A stretch of DNA of 64,000 nucleotides from Escherichia phage vB_EcoM-Ro121c4YLVW. Both the position numbers and the translations under genes were made by a program. The notes beneath the pieces were generated by a model. The model worked only from the letters and a program-made list of their open reading frames with translations, made no database searches and had not been told where the DNA came from. Of this stretch, positions 1-9,803 are shown piece after piece (position 1 is the stretch's first letter; every line of letters starts with the position of its first letter). Where the stretch lies: sequence record NC_052654.1; one strand, 5' to 3'.

Positions 1-1
1 A

Positions 2-145
2 CCTAAACATAGTCCTTTAGCTTGGATGGAAAAATGGTTGAATCCTGATTTGATTCAGTCAGCAGCCCAAGAGATTCAGTTAACTAATTACAAATTGAAT
101 TCAGCTAACAAAGATCTCTCTGATGATGAGGAGCTTGACTTCTAA
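2..145 (+). CDS. 3' end of upstream gene (partial), hypothetical
   Basis: Open frame from window edge to TAA at 143-145, overlapping next ATG (taATG). Confidence 0.4.
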   Translation, partial: PKHSPLAWMEKWLNPDLIQSAAQEIQLTNYKLNSANKDLSDDEELDF

Positions 146-354
146 TGATTTTGAGATGTGTTGGTATAATCGACACATTCAAAGACGTTTTTGATAAAGG
201 GGCTTCTTATGAAGCCTCTGAAATGAAGAATGGTTTTTGTGATGTATTCGGTAAACGCCTGAAGAAAAACGGCGATCCTTGGCTAGGAGTTATGTCTTGT
301 GGTCATATTATTGTAAATGGTGTTGCCAAATTTGAAATAATTAAGGAGGAATAG
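145..354 (+). CDS. hypothetical protein
   Basis: ORF track 69 aa; co-oriented and translationally coupled. Confidence 0.45.
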   Translation: MILRCVGIIDTFKDVFDKGASYEASEMKNGFCDVFGKRLKKNGDPWLGVMSCGHIIVNGVAKFEIIKEE

Positions 355-506
355 TGGCTGAAAAACTTATTTTTTGTCCTGTGTGCGGTGGGACGGGACA
401 GATGGAAGTGGAAATTATGGTAACATTTCCTTGCCTGAATTGTCATGGTGAGGGGCGAGTAGTAGTCTTTGAAAAAGAAGGGTTGGAGGTAGAAGATGGA
501 GAGTGA
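354..506 (+). CDS. small zinc-ribbon protein (CxxCGGxG...CxxCHGxG)
   Basis: GTG start after AAGGAGG; 50 aa with two CxxC pairs; not in ORF track (<60 aa). Confidence 0.4.
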   Translation: MAEKLIFCPVCGGTGQMEVEIMVTFPCLNCHGEGRVVVFEKEGLEVEDGE

Positions 507-660
507 AAAAGAGTATGTCCGCATTCCACGAGAATTAACAGATCACATTGCAGAAGCAATAGCTTTCGAAGCTAGATGTTGTGGAGGTATTGCTTACGAT
601 ATTTATGAAGCAATTATTAAAGCTGCTCAAGAAGAGGAGGAGATGAATAATGGGTATTGA
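496..660 (+). CDS. hypothetical small acidic protein
   Basis: ATG after GGAGG; 54 aa; overlaps neighbours by a few nt. Confidence 0.35.
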   Translation: MESEKEYVRIPRELTDHIAEAIAFEARCCGGIAYDIYEAIIKAAQEEEEMNNGY

Positions 661-976
661 TATCGAATGGCGTATGTTACAGGGTGCACCATATGATAAA
701 TGGAAAGAAATATTTGGAGACGACCCACAAGTTGAAGACCAGTTCGATGGGGACTTTAATTGGTTTCTCTGCGAAGGTTTGGGCTTGGAAAACATTTCCC
801 CGTGGTACGATGCAGATCCTGAAGATTGTGTCTTCGGTGTCAAGCTGTGTAGCGGCTGTGGTGCTTGTGCCATAGACCTCACAAGCTTAAATAAAAAAGC
901 GAATGAGATCTATTTTGAACTGCTTAATAAGTATAATATTGAAACTGAAACATTAGTATCACAAAACGTCTGGTAA
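650..976 (+). CDS. hypothetical protein
   Basis: ORF track 108 aa; RBS GAGGAGGAG upstream. Confidence 0.5.
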   Translation: MGIDIEWRMLQGAPYDKWKEIFGDDPQVEDQFDGDFNWFLCEGLGLENISPWYDADPEDCVFGVKLCSGCGACAIDLTSLNKKANEIYFELLNKYNIETETLVSQNVW

Positions 977-985
977 GGAGAACTG

Positions 986-1978
986 ATGCGCTATCTGGTA
1001 ACAGGTGGTCTTGGTTTTATTGGGAGTGCCGTGGTGCGCTCTCTTTGTCAAGATCCTAATAACGAAGTTTTTGTCGTTGATAAGATGAGCTATGCAGCAG
1101 ATATTGAGAATGTAGGCGATATCACTCACGTTAAACTAAGCATGACAGATTTGGCAAACGAAGCCCAAGTAAAAAGTTTAGTAGTAGAGTGCAATCCCGA
1201 TTTCATCATTCACTTAGCGGCAGAGAGTCATGTGGATAATTCTATCAAGAATCCACGAGTTTTCATCGACTCCAATATTATTGGTACATACAATTTATTG
1301 GAAGCTGCAAGGCTCCTCCCAAAGAATAAACTGAAGATGTTCGTACACGTCTCCACAGACGAAGTGTACGGCGATATGGCAGACTCTGGCGTTCCCTTTA
1401 CCGAAGAGACAGCTTATGCCCCTTCAAGCCCATACAGTGCGTCTAAGGCAGCATCTGACCATCTTGTGAAAGCTTGGCACCGTACCTACGATTTGCCTGT
1501 TGTGATAACCAACTGCTCCAATAACTTTGGACCTTATCAACATCCAGAAAAGCTGATCCCAAAAATCATCACAAGTATTTTGACGAATAAAGAGATTCCG
1601 GTGTATGGTAAAGGCGATCAGGTGCGAGACTGGCTTTTTGTTGAGGATCATGCGAGAGCTATTCTTCAAGTGGCAACAGGTGGAGAACCAGGCCAAACGT
1701 ATAACGTTGGAACACGTAATCCCAAAACCAATATGGAGATCATCTATATGGTTTGTGACTACATGGATGCTGTACATCCAGAAGCAGGAACCTACCCTTC
1801 TTCCAACTTGATAACTTTTGTTGAAGATCGTAAAGGACATGACTTGCGTTATGAAATCAATCCTTCTAAGATAGAGTCTGAACTGGGTTGGAGTGCAAAC
1901 TCTACATTTGAACAAGATCTCTACTCAACGATTGAATGGTACTTAAACAACCCTCAATGGTGGAGTGAGAAGATTTAA
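986..1978 (+). CDS. rfbB: dTDP-glucose 4,6-dehydratase
   Basis: N-terminal TGGxGFIGS Rossmann motif, STDEVYG and YSASK (YxxxK) motifs typical of RmlB. Confidence 0.85.
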   Translation: MRYLVTGGLGFIGSAVVRSLCQDPNNEVFVVDKMSYAADIENVGDITHVKLSMTDLANEAQVKSLVVECNPDFIIHLAAESHVDNSIKNPRVFIDSNIIGTYNLLEAARLLPKNKLKMFVHVSTDEVYGDMADSGVPFTEETAYAPSSPYSASKAASDHLVKAWHRTYDLPVVITNCSNNFGPYQHPEKLIPKIITSILTNKEIPVYGKGDQVRDWLFVEDHARAILQVATGGEPGQTYNVGTRNPKTNMEIIYMVCDYMDAVHPEAGTYPSSNLITFVEDRKGHDLRYEINPSKIESELGWSANSTFEQDLYSTIEWYLNNPQWWSEKI

Positions 1979-1986
1979 GGAGGGCT

Positions 1987-2865
1987 ATGAAAGGTATTAT
2001 TTTGGCTGGAGGAAGTGGAACCCGCCTTCATCCGGTAACACGCAGCGTGAGCAAGCAATTGCTCCCTGTGTATGACAAACCCATGATCTACTACCCTTTA
2101 TCGGTATTGATGTTGGCTGACATTAAGGATATCTTAATCATCACCACACCAGGCGATCAGGAAGACTTTGAGTATCTTCTCGGAGATGGGTCTATGTTTG
2201 GGATAAAACTCACTTACGCAATCCAATCCGAGCCACGAGGTCTTGCGGACGCTTTCATCATCGGTAAAGATTTTATCGGAGAAGACTCTGTTGCTCTTAT
2301 TTTAGGTGACAACCTATTCTTCGGACAAAGCTTTGGTAAACTACTGATTAACGCCAGTGAGATGGTAGATGTTTGGGGCGGAGCTTGTATCTTCGGGTAT
2401 TTGGTGAAAGATCCTGAACGATTCGGTGTGGTTGAATTTGGGAGTAATCGTCAAGCTATTTCTATTGAAGAGAAACCTGAAAATCCTAAATCAGATTACG
2501 CTGTCACAGGTTTGTATTTCTATGATAACTCTGTTGTTCAACGTGCATTAGAAGTAACCCCTTCCGCGCGTGGAGAACTGGAGATCACAGATATCAATCG
2601 CAGCTACCTCGAAGACAGGAAGTTACAAGTGGAAGTTCTCGGACGAGGATTTACTTGGCTTGACACAGGAACACACGCCAGTCTGATGGAAGCTGGTCAA
2701 TTCGTGCAGACTATTGAGAACCGGCAAGGATTGAAGATTGCGTGCCTGGAAGAAATTGCTTTCAAAAAAGGGTGGATTTCTTTAGAGACTTTGGTGTATC
2801 ATGGAAACTCACTGAAGAAAACAGAATACGGGCAATACCTACTCAAATTAGCGGAGAGAAAATGA
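1987..2865 (+). CDS. rfbA: glucose-1-phosphate thymidylyltransferase
   Basis: [16 protein letters not shown]...[17 protein letters not shown]-terminus typical of RmlA. Confidence 0.85.
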   Translation: MKGIILAGGSGTRLHPVTRSVSKQLLPVYDKPMIYYPLSVLMLADIKDILIITTPGDQEDFEYLLGDGSMFGIKLTYAIQSEPRGLADAFIIGKDFIGEDSVALILGDNLFFGQSFGKLLINASEMVDVWGGACIFGYLVKDPERFGVVEFGSNRQAISIEEKPENPKSDYAVTGLYFYDNSVVQRALEVTPSARGELEITDINRSYLEDRKLQVEVLGRGFTWLDTGTHASLMEAGQFVQTIENRQGLKIACLEEIAFKKGWISLETLVYHGNSLKKTEYGQYLLKLAERK

Positions 2866-3428
2866 AAGTAGAAAAAACAAAAATTGAAGGTGCGGTAATT
2901 ATCAAACCAGACGTTTATAAAGATGATCGTGGTTTCTTTTTAGAAACATATAATGAACAAAAATACGAAGATATTATTGGTAGACAAACTTTCGTTCAAG
3001 ATAACATGTCTAAATCAAACTTCGGTGTTTTGCGAGGAATGCACTTTCAAACAAATAATCCGCAAGGTAAGCTTGTTCGTTGTGTAAGTGGGGAAGTATT
3101 GGATTTCGCTGTAGACCTACGTAAAGATAGTCCTACTTACGGTGCTTGGGACGGTGTTGTTCTTCGTGCACGACACCATACACAGTTCTGGCTTCCACCT
3201 GGTTTGGCACATGGTTTTATAGTGTTGAGTATGGATGCTATCTTCGAATACAAATGCACAACTCCATACGACCCTTCCAGCGAACAAAGTTTACGTTGGG
3301 ATGATCCTGATATAGGGATTGATTGGGGCTTCGATATGATTTTTGACGAAGATTTTAAACCTATCTTATCAACAAAAGATGCAATGGCTAAGTCTTTTCA
3401 ACAGCTACGTAGCGAGGGTGTATGCTAA
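2862..3428 (+). CDS. rfbC: dTDP-4-dehydrorhamnose 3,5-epimerase
   Basis: RmlC-like cupin with RGMHFQ motif; ATGA overlap with rfbA; start chosen at internal ATG after RBS. Confidence 0.8.
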   Translation: MKVEKTKIEGAVIIKPDVYKDDRGFFLETYNEQKYEDIIGRQTFVQDNMSKSNFGVLRGMHFQTNNPQGKLVRCVSGEVLDFAVDLRKDSPTYGAWDGVVLRARHHTQFWLPPGLAHGFIVLSMDAIFEYKCTTPYDPSSEQSLRWDDPDIGIDWGFDMIFDEDFKPILSTKDAMAKSFQQLRSEGVC

Positions 3429-4264
3429 CATATCTGGTATTGGGCGGTAATGGACAACTGGGACAAGCTTTACGTAAAGTGGCTCCTTCAAATGTATCTT
3501 TAATTTATCCTAAAGAACGTGTAGATATTACAAATTTTGAAGCTGTGCGAAACGCTATTGTTGAAGATTATGTAGATGGTGTTATTAATTGCGCTGCTTA
3601 TACGGCTGTAGATAAAGCAGAACATGATTTTGCTACTGCTTTGGCTGTTAATTCCTACGGCCCTGCAAACATTGCAGCAGTGTGCAGTAAACTTAAAATT
3701 GATTTTGTGCATATTTCTACAGACTATATTTTTAATTACTCTCATCCTATTTTTGAAGATACTACACCTAACCCAATAAACAATTATGGGTATACGAAAG
3801 AACTTGGTGAAAAAATGGTGCGAGGAGTTAACCCAAATGCATATATTATTCGAACAGCCTCGGTATATAGCGAATTTGGAAATAACTTTCTAAAAACCAT
3901 GTTGTCTCGCTATAATGATGGACAACGTGATTTTATTATTGTTGCTGATCAGTTCTCTTGTCCAACATATGCTCCAGATTTAGCAGAAGCTATTTTTGAA
4001 GTATTAAAAACAGGTTGGTCAAGGTCTGTTAAGACTTACCATTTTGCAGGAAGCCATCTTATTTCTTGGGCGGAGTTTGCGGAAAAGATCTTGACACAGA
4101 TGCCAGAACCTGTTAAGATATCGGCGGTATCAGCTTCAACCTATAATGCTCCAGCAGCACGTCCGGTGAAGTCACAATTAGTAACCAGTCACTATCTTAC
4201 AAAATCAGATTTAAATAAAGGTATTGAACGGTCTTTAGCAGTATTACTTAATAAGGAGAGGTAA
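3422..4264 (+). CDS. rfbD: dTDP-4-dehydrorhamnose reductase
   Basis: LGGNGQLG N-terminal Rossmann motif, length and position after rfbC. Confidence 0.75.
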   Translation: MLTYLVLGGNGQLGQALRKVAPSNVSLIYPKERVDITNFEAVRNAIVEDYVDGVINCAAYTAVDKAEHDFATALAVNSYGPANIAAVCSKLKIDFVHISTDYIFNYSHPIFEDTTPNPINNYGYTKELGEKMVRGVNPNAYIIRTASVYSEFGNNFLKTMLSRYNDGQRDFIIVADQFSCPTYAPDLAEAIFEVLKTGWSRSVKTYHFAGSHLISWAEFAEKILTQMPEPVKISAVSASTYNAPAARPVKSQLVTSHYLTKSDLNKGIERSLAVLLNKER

Positions 4265-4524
4265 TGGAATTTGTAATTTTTGGTAAACCTAACTGTCAAT
4301 TTTGCGAAATGTCAAAACAACTATTAACCATGCGCAATAAACAGTTTGAATATTTAAGTCTTGACCAAGACTACGATTTAGAATCAATGACTAAAACAGT
4401 TGTTGATCTTACCGGAGTTCCTCCACGCACATTTCCACAAATTCTGTCTGAAGTGAACGGGGAGGTAACATACGTAGGCGGTTTTACCGAACTGCGTGAT
4501 CTCATGGCTCAAATTGCGGAGTAA
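4264..4524 (+). CDS. glutaredoxin/NrdC-like thiol-disulfide protein
   Basis: CQFC redox motif near N-terminus, about 86 aa, similar architecture to T4 NrdC. Confidence 0.55.
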   Translation: MEFVIFGKPNCQFCEMSKQLLTMRNKQFEYLSLDQDYDLESMTKTVVDLTGVPPRTFPQILSEVNGEVTYVGGFTELRDLMAQIAE

Positions 4525-4529
4525 CACTT

Positions 4530-4679
4530 ATGAAAAGTAAACAGAAACGTAAGATCTTTTCTCGTGCTTTGGCAAATGAGCTGAAGTCCAACATAAAGAA
4601 AACGAAACCAAAACGTGAAACTTCTCCAGAACATCTGTTGTTTAATGAGTTGGATCACGGAGTAGGAGACGACGAATAG
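4530..4679 (+). CDS. hypothetical small basic protein
   Basis: 49-aa ORF filling gap between glutaredoxin and lysozyme genes. Confidence 0.3.
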   Translation: MKSKQKRKIFSRALANELKSNIKKTKPKRETSPEHLLFNELDHGVGDDE

Positions 4680-4686
4680 GAAGTAA

Positions 4687-5187
4687 ATGGCTAAAGTAGT
4701 AGATGAGTTTGATATGCTACGAGTCGATGAAGGACTGAAGCTTACTGTTTATCAAGACCATCTTGGTTATTGGACAGTCGGCATAGGACACCTTCTGACT
4801 AAAATAAAAGATAAAGCAAAGGCTATTCAAATCTTAGATAATCTCCTTGGTCGTAAGACCAATGGAGTTATCACAGAAAAAGAAGCCCGTCAAATCTTTG
4901 CTGACGATGTTGCAAAAGTGAAGAGAGACATAAAAAACAGTGCTATCTTATCACCAATCTATGATAAGGTGAGTGATACTCGTAAATTGGGAATAATCAA
5001 CATGGTTTTCCAGTTGGGGTTAAAAGGTGCTGAAGGGTTTAAAAATAGCTTGACTTTAATCAGCAATGCATATTATACTCAAGCAGGTAAAAACATGCGT
5101 AAAAGCCGATGGTATAGCCAGACGCCAAACCGTGCTGAACGAGTAATTAAAGTTCTGACTTCTGGAACTTTAGATGCTTACAACTAA
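4687..5187 (+). CDS. T4-type lysozyme (endolysin)
   Basis: DEGLKLTVYQD...GYWTVGIGHLLTK...NMVFQLG...AKSRWYSQTPNRAERV closely parallels T4 gene e lysozyme. Confidence 0.9.
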   Translation: MAKVVDEFDMLRVDEGLKLTVYQDHLGYWTVGIGHLLTKIKDKAKAIQILDNLLGRKTNGVITEKEARQIFADDVAKVKRDIKNSAILSPIYDKVSDTRKLGIINMVFQLGLKGAEGFKNSLTLISNAYYTQAGKNMRKSRWYSQTPNRAERVIKVLTSGTLDAYN

Positions 5188-5190
5188 TAA

Positions 5191-5206
5191 AGGGGCTTCG
5201 GCCCCT
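5191..5206 (+). other. GC hairpin (tetraloop TTCG) between lysozyme and phoH; possible attenuator/stabiliser
   Basis: aggggcttcggcccct, no strong T-run. Confidence 0.3.
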
Positions 5207-5224
5207 TCTAAAAGGAGTGCTACT

Positions 5225-5983
5225 ATGGGAAATAAAACCGCAGCTAAAACACAACGGCAGAAACTGGCTAATTCAGCAAAGATTGAAAGCCGTTATGCAG
5301 CAAAAGCGGTAGGTAATGACGATTACCGTTTAGATGAATTTATGCCTGAAGGGGACCAAAATAAGATTGTTCAAAGCATGATTTGGAATGATCTGACTGT
5401 TGTAAATGCTCCGGCAGGGACTGGTAAAACCTCTGTTGCTTTATGGAAAGCTTTGCAGATGCTTCGTTCAGGAGACTTCCGTAAACTACTTTTTATCAAG
5501 AACCCTACTGAAGTCGGAGATGACCAGATTGGTTTCTTGTCTGGGGATAAAACAGATAAACTAGCAGCACACTATGAATCTACAAAACGTATTTTCCAGC
5601 AATTCATGACAGCCAACAAATTGGAAAACGATATTGGATCAGGTAAGATCGAATTGAATATTCCTAACTATTTGTTGGGGGCTACCCTGGATAATACAAT
5701 CGTCATTATTGACGAAGCACAACTCATGTCAACAGAAACACTTAAACTTCTTATTGAACGTGCAGGTATTAATACGCATGTTATTGTATTAGGCGATGTT
5801 CGCCAGACATATGCAATTAAAAAACGTAGCAATGGTCTGCATCAAATTTTGGAACTTTTATATCCAGAAAATGAAGAAGGTGTTCGTGAGCCAATTGTAG
5901 ATTTTATTGGATACGTTGAACTGACAACGGACGATAATAAACGTGGACGTTTGTCTAAACTGATTACTGAAGTGTTTATTTAA
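5225..5983 (+). CDS. phoH: PhoH-like ATPase
   Basis: Walker A APAGTGKTS, Walker B IIDEAQ; start chosen at ATG after AAAGGAG (alternative 5174). Confidence 0.8.
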   Translation: MGNKTAAKTQRQKLANSAKIESRYAAKAVGNDDYRLDEFMPEGDQNKIVQSMIWNDLTVVNAPAGTGKTSVALWKALQMLRSGDFRKLLFIKNPTEVGDDQIGFLSGDKTDKLAAHYESTKRIFQQFMTANKLENDIGSGKIELNIPNYLLGATLDNTIVIIDEAQLMSTETLKLLIERAGINTHVIVLGDVRQTYAIKKRSNGLHQILELLYPENEEGVREPIVDFIGYVELTTDDNKRGRLSKLITEVFI

Positions 5984-6018
5984 TAATGTGGCAGGGAAGC
6001 CATTTATAAGGAGGATTG

Positions 6019-6519
6019 ATGGGTGTAGCAACAATAGCTATCGGAAGAAGCGGTATAGATGAGTGCTATCAAACGGGACTCGTAAAACCTAACGAATTTC
6101 GTCAAATTTGTGTAAACCATATTGAAAAAGAGATTGCTCTTACTTTAGAGAATATGACCCTCCGAGATAAACTGGAAATGTTTAAATGTTGGTGTCTAGG
6201 AGAAGATTGGCTTTTAAACCATTTTCAAGAACTTTCTGATAGTAAAGAAAGCTTGTTTGATTGTATAATAGGAATAGCTGGCTCCGATCCTAGCCTTCTG
6301 CACATAACAGAAGAAGAGGCGAAGTTACTGTTCTTAAGTAATTTGTTTAATAAGAAAGCACTGCTTGTTCGTGATTGTAGTGATCTTCTTAATAACCCGC
6401 TCGCAACGTCTGATCAAATTTTTGTTGACAAAGAGACACTACGTGCGATAGAATACATCTGCAAATATGTGAATGGCGGGAAAGCGGTTCTTAAAACATT
6501 AACAGAGGAGGAAGAATAG
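6019..6519 (+). CDS. hypothetical protein
   Basis: ORF track 167 aa; RBS AAGGAGG. Confidence 0.5.
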   Translation: MGVATIAIGRSGIDECYQTGLVKPNEFRQICVNHIEKEIALTLENMTLRDKLEMFKCWCLGEDWLLNHFQELSDSKESLFDCIIGIAGSDPSLLHITEEEAKLLFLSNLFNKKALLVRDCSDLLNNPLATSDQIFVDKETLRAIEYICKYVNGGKAVLKTLTEEEE

Positions 6520-7211
6520 TGACGACAATTATTGCAACCAAAAATAAGATTTTGAGTGACGGTAAGGTAACTTTTGGTGGACGTGTAGATTCTATTAATT
6601 TCAAAAAGGTCCGAAAAATTGGAGATTACCTTGTAGGTGGTGCTGGTCGTCTGACCTCCGTGCTTTCTTTCTTTCAATGGTTTGAACAAAATCTACAGTG
6701 CGAAGCAGCACGTGATGCTGTCCCTGGTTTGATGATTCACTCTGATCCAGATAAAGAAGATGAAGAGTTTATTGCACTTGTTGTTCATCCAGACGGACGT
6801 ATTTTCCTGCACGAAGGTAATAACCCAACACGTGCATATCCGATTGATGAAGAATATTATGCGGTAGGAAGCGGGTCAGACTTTGCTTTAGCTGCTCTTG
6901 ATGCAGGGGCAACACCAGAACAGGCTATGGAAGTAGCTAAAAAGCGAGATGCTTTTTCTGGTGGTGAAACATTTATTGAAGAACAAGACGAGATTATTGA
7001 ATTAACAGATGATGATTTAGAAAACTTCTCCAAAGAAGAATTGATCAATCTTTTGAAATTCGGTAATCCCTACGGTGAAGAAGAACCTCGTAACGTGGCA
7101 GGTAACGAGGCGGATACTGAAGAAAAATCTGTTGCAGAAAACAACTTGACTTCTAAATCTGAAAATATTAATCTCGTAAATGTGGCGGATTTCGAAGGAA
7201 CCGCTATTTAA
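6519..7211 (+). CDS. HslV-like (proteasome beta-like, Ntn-hydrolase) peptidase with acidic C-terminal extension
   Basis: N-terminal MTTI (Thr after Met), GGAG and AVGSGSDFALAAL motifs as in HslV; GTG start after GGAGG. Confidence 0.65.
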   Translation: MTTIIATKNKILSDGKVTFGGRVDSINFKKVRKIGDYLVGGAGRLTSVLSFFQWFEQNLQCEAARDAVPGLMIHSDPDKEDEEFIALVVHPDGRIFLHEGNNPTRAYPIDEEYYAVGSGSDFALAALDAGATPEQAMEVAKKRDAFSGGETFIEEQDEIIELTDDDLENFSKEELINLLKFGNPYGEEEPRNVAGNEADTEEKSVAENNLTSKSENINLVNVADFEGTAI

Positions 7212-7214
7212 CAA

Positions 7215-7239
7215 ACTGCCCCTTCGGGGGCATTTCTTA
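7215..7239 (+). terminator. Rho-independent terminator
   Basis: tgccccttcgggggca hairpin followed by tttctt. Confidence 0.5.
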
Positions 7240-7256
7240 AACATAGGAGATTAATA

Positions 7257-7691
7257 ATGTTACAAGTTCCTGCTAAGTTTGTTGAAGGCGCTATCCACTC
7301 TTACCGTCAAACATGTAAGAGGGCAAGAAACTGTTTAGATGGTCTGGTGGCAAAAACCTATACTGTTGAAAAGAAGAAACGTTGGTTTGGCAAAGATGTT
7401 TACGAAGTTAATATTTTTGGTGAACATAAACTAAACCACGATACTCCTGAAAACATGTTAGAAATATTTCTAAGAGATGACAAAATATCTCCTATGGATT
7501 ACCAACTTTTAAAATTTTATGATTCTTCTTTGGCTATTGATAAGTTTGTTGAAGATATTCTGTCTAGAAAAACAGATAAAAACACTTATCCTCTAGAGGC
7601 TGATCAAATAGGATTATTAAACGAGATTTCATCCTTTAAAGAGTTGGATAATATTACAAAAGAGGAGATTTTAGATGGCATTAGATTATGA
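7257..7691 (+). CDS. hypothetical protein
   Basis: ORF track 144 aa. Confidence 0.5.
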   Translation: MLQVPAKFVEGAIHSYRQTCKRARNCLDGLVAKTYTVEKKKRWFGKDVYEVNIFGEHKLNHDTPENMLEIFLRDDKISPMDYQLLKFYDSSLAIDKFVEDILSRKTDKNTYPLEADQIGLLNEISSFKELDNITKEEILDGIRL

Positions 7692-8184
7692 TCGCCCAAC
7701 GAGCGATTATTATCCGACACCGCAAAAAGCAATCAATAGTTTGTTTAGTGTTATAGATTTCAAAAATCTAAAGGAAGAAGGTTGGGTTTTTGCAGAACCT
7801 TGCAGAGGTGAAGCTGAAGCGATTTATCGCCATTTTCCTGAAGGTTCAGAATATTGCGAACTTGAAGAAGGTAAAGATTATTTTAGTCATGAATGGGAAA
7901 ATCGTCCCGACATTATAATCACAAATCCTCCATTTAAGTTAGCAATGGAGTTCTTGGAAAAGAGCTTAAAAGAGGCGGATGTTTGTATTTATCTTCTTCG
8001 GTTGGGCTTCTTGGAGTCAAAGAAACGACGAGAGTTCCATCAAAAGAATCCACCAACAAACCTTATAGTCCTTTCAGAACGGCCTTCGTTTGTTGCAGGT
8101 GGAACAGATAAGACAGCATACGCTTGGTATGTATACGACCCAAAGAATCGTTTGGGCCTCTCTCAACCATTTTATTTTGTTTAA
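7675..8184 (+). CDS. SAM-dependent methyltransferase, N6-adenine DNA MTase-like
   Basis: DYYPTP and catalytic NPPF motifs. Confidence 0.5.
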   Translation: MALDYDRPTSDYYPTPQKAINSLFSVIDFKNLKEEGWVFAEPCRGEAEAIYRHFPEGSEYCELEEGKDYFSHEWENRPDIIITNPPFKLAMEFLEKSLKEADVCIYLLRLGFLESKKRREFHQKNPPTNLIVLSERPSFVAGGTDKTAYAWYVYDPKNRLGLSQPFYFV

Positions 8185-8196
8185 GGAGTGTGAACT

Positions 8197-8433
8197 ATGG
8201 GTAAACTAATTATGACAGTGGCTATTGATTTTGATGAAGTAGATGAAAGCCTCAACCTTTCACTTTCTACTGACGTAGATGGCGAAATGGATAATATTGA
8301 AGCAGCTACTGCTCTTTTCTTCAAAAAAGCCATTGAAGTTTATGCCGAACATGCTGCAAATCAGGCAGTAGATTACGGTGGTATCGTGCGAGCTTTAGTT
8401 CACTCTACCGAGGGCAATGACTGGGAAGATTAA
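8197..8433 (+). CDS. hypothetical protein
   Basis: ORF track 78 aa. Confidence 0.4.
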   Translation: MGKLIMTVAIDFDEVDESLNLSLSTDVDGEMDNIEAATALFFKKAIEVYAEHAANQAVDYGGIVRALVHSTEGNDWED

Positions 8434-8636
8434 TGGCTTACAATTATTACTGCATTTATGCACATGAAAAGAAAAAAGGTGACACTGGGACTAACGTTTA
8501 TGCAGAGTCCGAATCTCATGCAAAAGAGATTGGTGCTATCCTTTTATCACGCTGGACTGGAAATAATTACAGTGCAGAAGATATGTTTGCAGAAGTGGAT
8601 TCTAGTATCCAAGAAGACAACATAACAACTACGTGA
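8433..8636 (+). CDS. hypothetical protein
   Basis: ORF track 67 aa, ATG overlapping previous stop. Confidence 0.4.
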   Translation: MAYNYYCIYAHEKKKGDTGTNVYAESESHAKEIGAILLSRWTGNNYSAEDMFAEVDSSIQEDNITTT

Positions 8637-8646
8637 TATACTTATA

Positions 8647-8668
8647 CTCCCTTTTCGGAGGGAGTATT
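8647..8668 (+). terminator. Rho-independent terminator
   Basis: actcccttttcggagggagt hairpin plus atttt. Confidence 0.45.
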
Positions 8669-8681
8669 TTAAGGAGGGATT

Positions 8682-8876
8682 ATGCAGAGCGGAGAAGAAC
8701 TTTTAGAGAAACAATTCTCAACGCGTCAACAAGCTTTAAGTTATATGGTTTTTCTAAGCAATCTTGATGTGAATGAGATACTTTTACGGCGCGAAGGTAA
8801 TTTCTGGAGCGTTAAATATCATGCAACAAGGTCTGTAATCTACCTGGAAGAGGCGGAATTCTCTTTGGTAGAATGA
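8682..8876 (+). CDS. hypothetical protein
   Basis: ORF track 64 aa; RBS AAGGAGGG. Confidence 0.4.
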   Translation: MQSGEELLEKQFSTRQQALSYMVFLSNLDVNEILLRREGNFWSVKYHATRSVIYLEEAEFSLVE

Positions 8877-8890
8877 TCCGAGGAGTAGTT

Positions 8891-9463
8891 ATGCGTTCAA
8901 CTTTCACTGGCAAAATAAATGCTGGTTTGATTTTTACAGCAGTAAGCATTCTTAGCAAAAAGTTTAAAGTTGTTAACTTACCTGTGTGTGTCGATTTCGA
9001 TCATGTTTTTGATCCTTCGAACCCCACTCGTTGCATAGTAAGGAGTAATGTTGAAAACCCAACAGAAAATCTTTTTTATGTAACAAAACCATCTCAAAGC
9101 ATACTTAACCAGGTTGAGGCGAAATTGATACCTAACGGTAAATATTACTCCTTTTTACCTTGTAAGTCGGTTGAAGTAGAGAATAGCAATACTTTCGCTA
9201 ATAACTTGTCTGTATTCGTTTTCTTTGTTTCACAGGAAGACGAAACAGATGAAATGGTAGCAACAGTGAGATCACTTTATGACTCTTTAGGGGTTGTTTA
9301 TAGTCAACAGGTGTGCGAAAATAATAAATCCTGTGTAGATTTCATTATCAACGGTATTTGTGTTTGTAGAGTAGAATCTTTTTGGCTGCACGATACATAT
9401 GTGACTGTAGCAGAGGTTATATCTGAACCAAGATTTAGTCATGCGGTTTCGTTAATAATTTGA
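8891..9463 (+). CDS. hypothetical protein
   Basis: Start moved to ATG after GAGGAG; 190 aa. Confidence 0.45.
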   Translation: MRSTFTGKINAGLIFTAVSILSKKFKVVNLPVCVDFDHVFDPSNPTRCIVRSNVENPTENLFYVTKPSQSILNQVEAKLIPNGKYYSFLPCKSVEVENSNTFANNLSVFVFFVSQEDETDEMVATVRSLYDSLGVVYSQQVCENNKSCVDFIINGICVCRVESFWLHDTYVTVAEVISEPRFSHAVSLII

Positions 9464-9473
9464 GGAGGAAGGA

Positions 9474-9803
9474 ATGGAAATTACTACAGAACAAGCCCTT
9501 ATCGACGAGGGTCGTAAAATCTTAGAAAAGTATTTAGGGGAGATTCATAAAACCCCTGGCTATTTGGGTTGGAGAATTGTTGAAGCTGTAGATTTCCTTC
9601 CTCGTAACAGTAAAAGCGTCGAAATGCGATCTCTTTTCTTATTAGTAAAGGTGGACGGGGATACACCTTTTAAAGATGCCGCAGAACATATTGAAAAAGT
9701 TGAAGAGAAAGCTTATGCAGAATTTGCCGATCTTGTTTTAGAACAAGAGATTGAAGGAAAGGTGAATATTTTTATTTTCTTAGATTTTGAGGAGGATAAG
9801 TGA
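9474..9803 (+). CDS. hypothetical protein
   Basis: ORF track 109 aa; RBS GGAGGAAGG. Confidence 0.45.
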   Translation: MEITTEQALIDEGRKILEKYLGEIHKTPGYLGWRIVEAVDFLPRNSKSVEMRSLFLLVKVDGDTPFKDAAEHIEKVEEKAYAEFADLVLEQEIEGKVNIFIFLDFEEDK

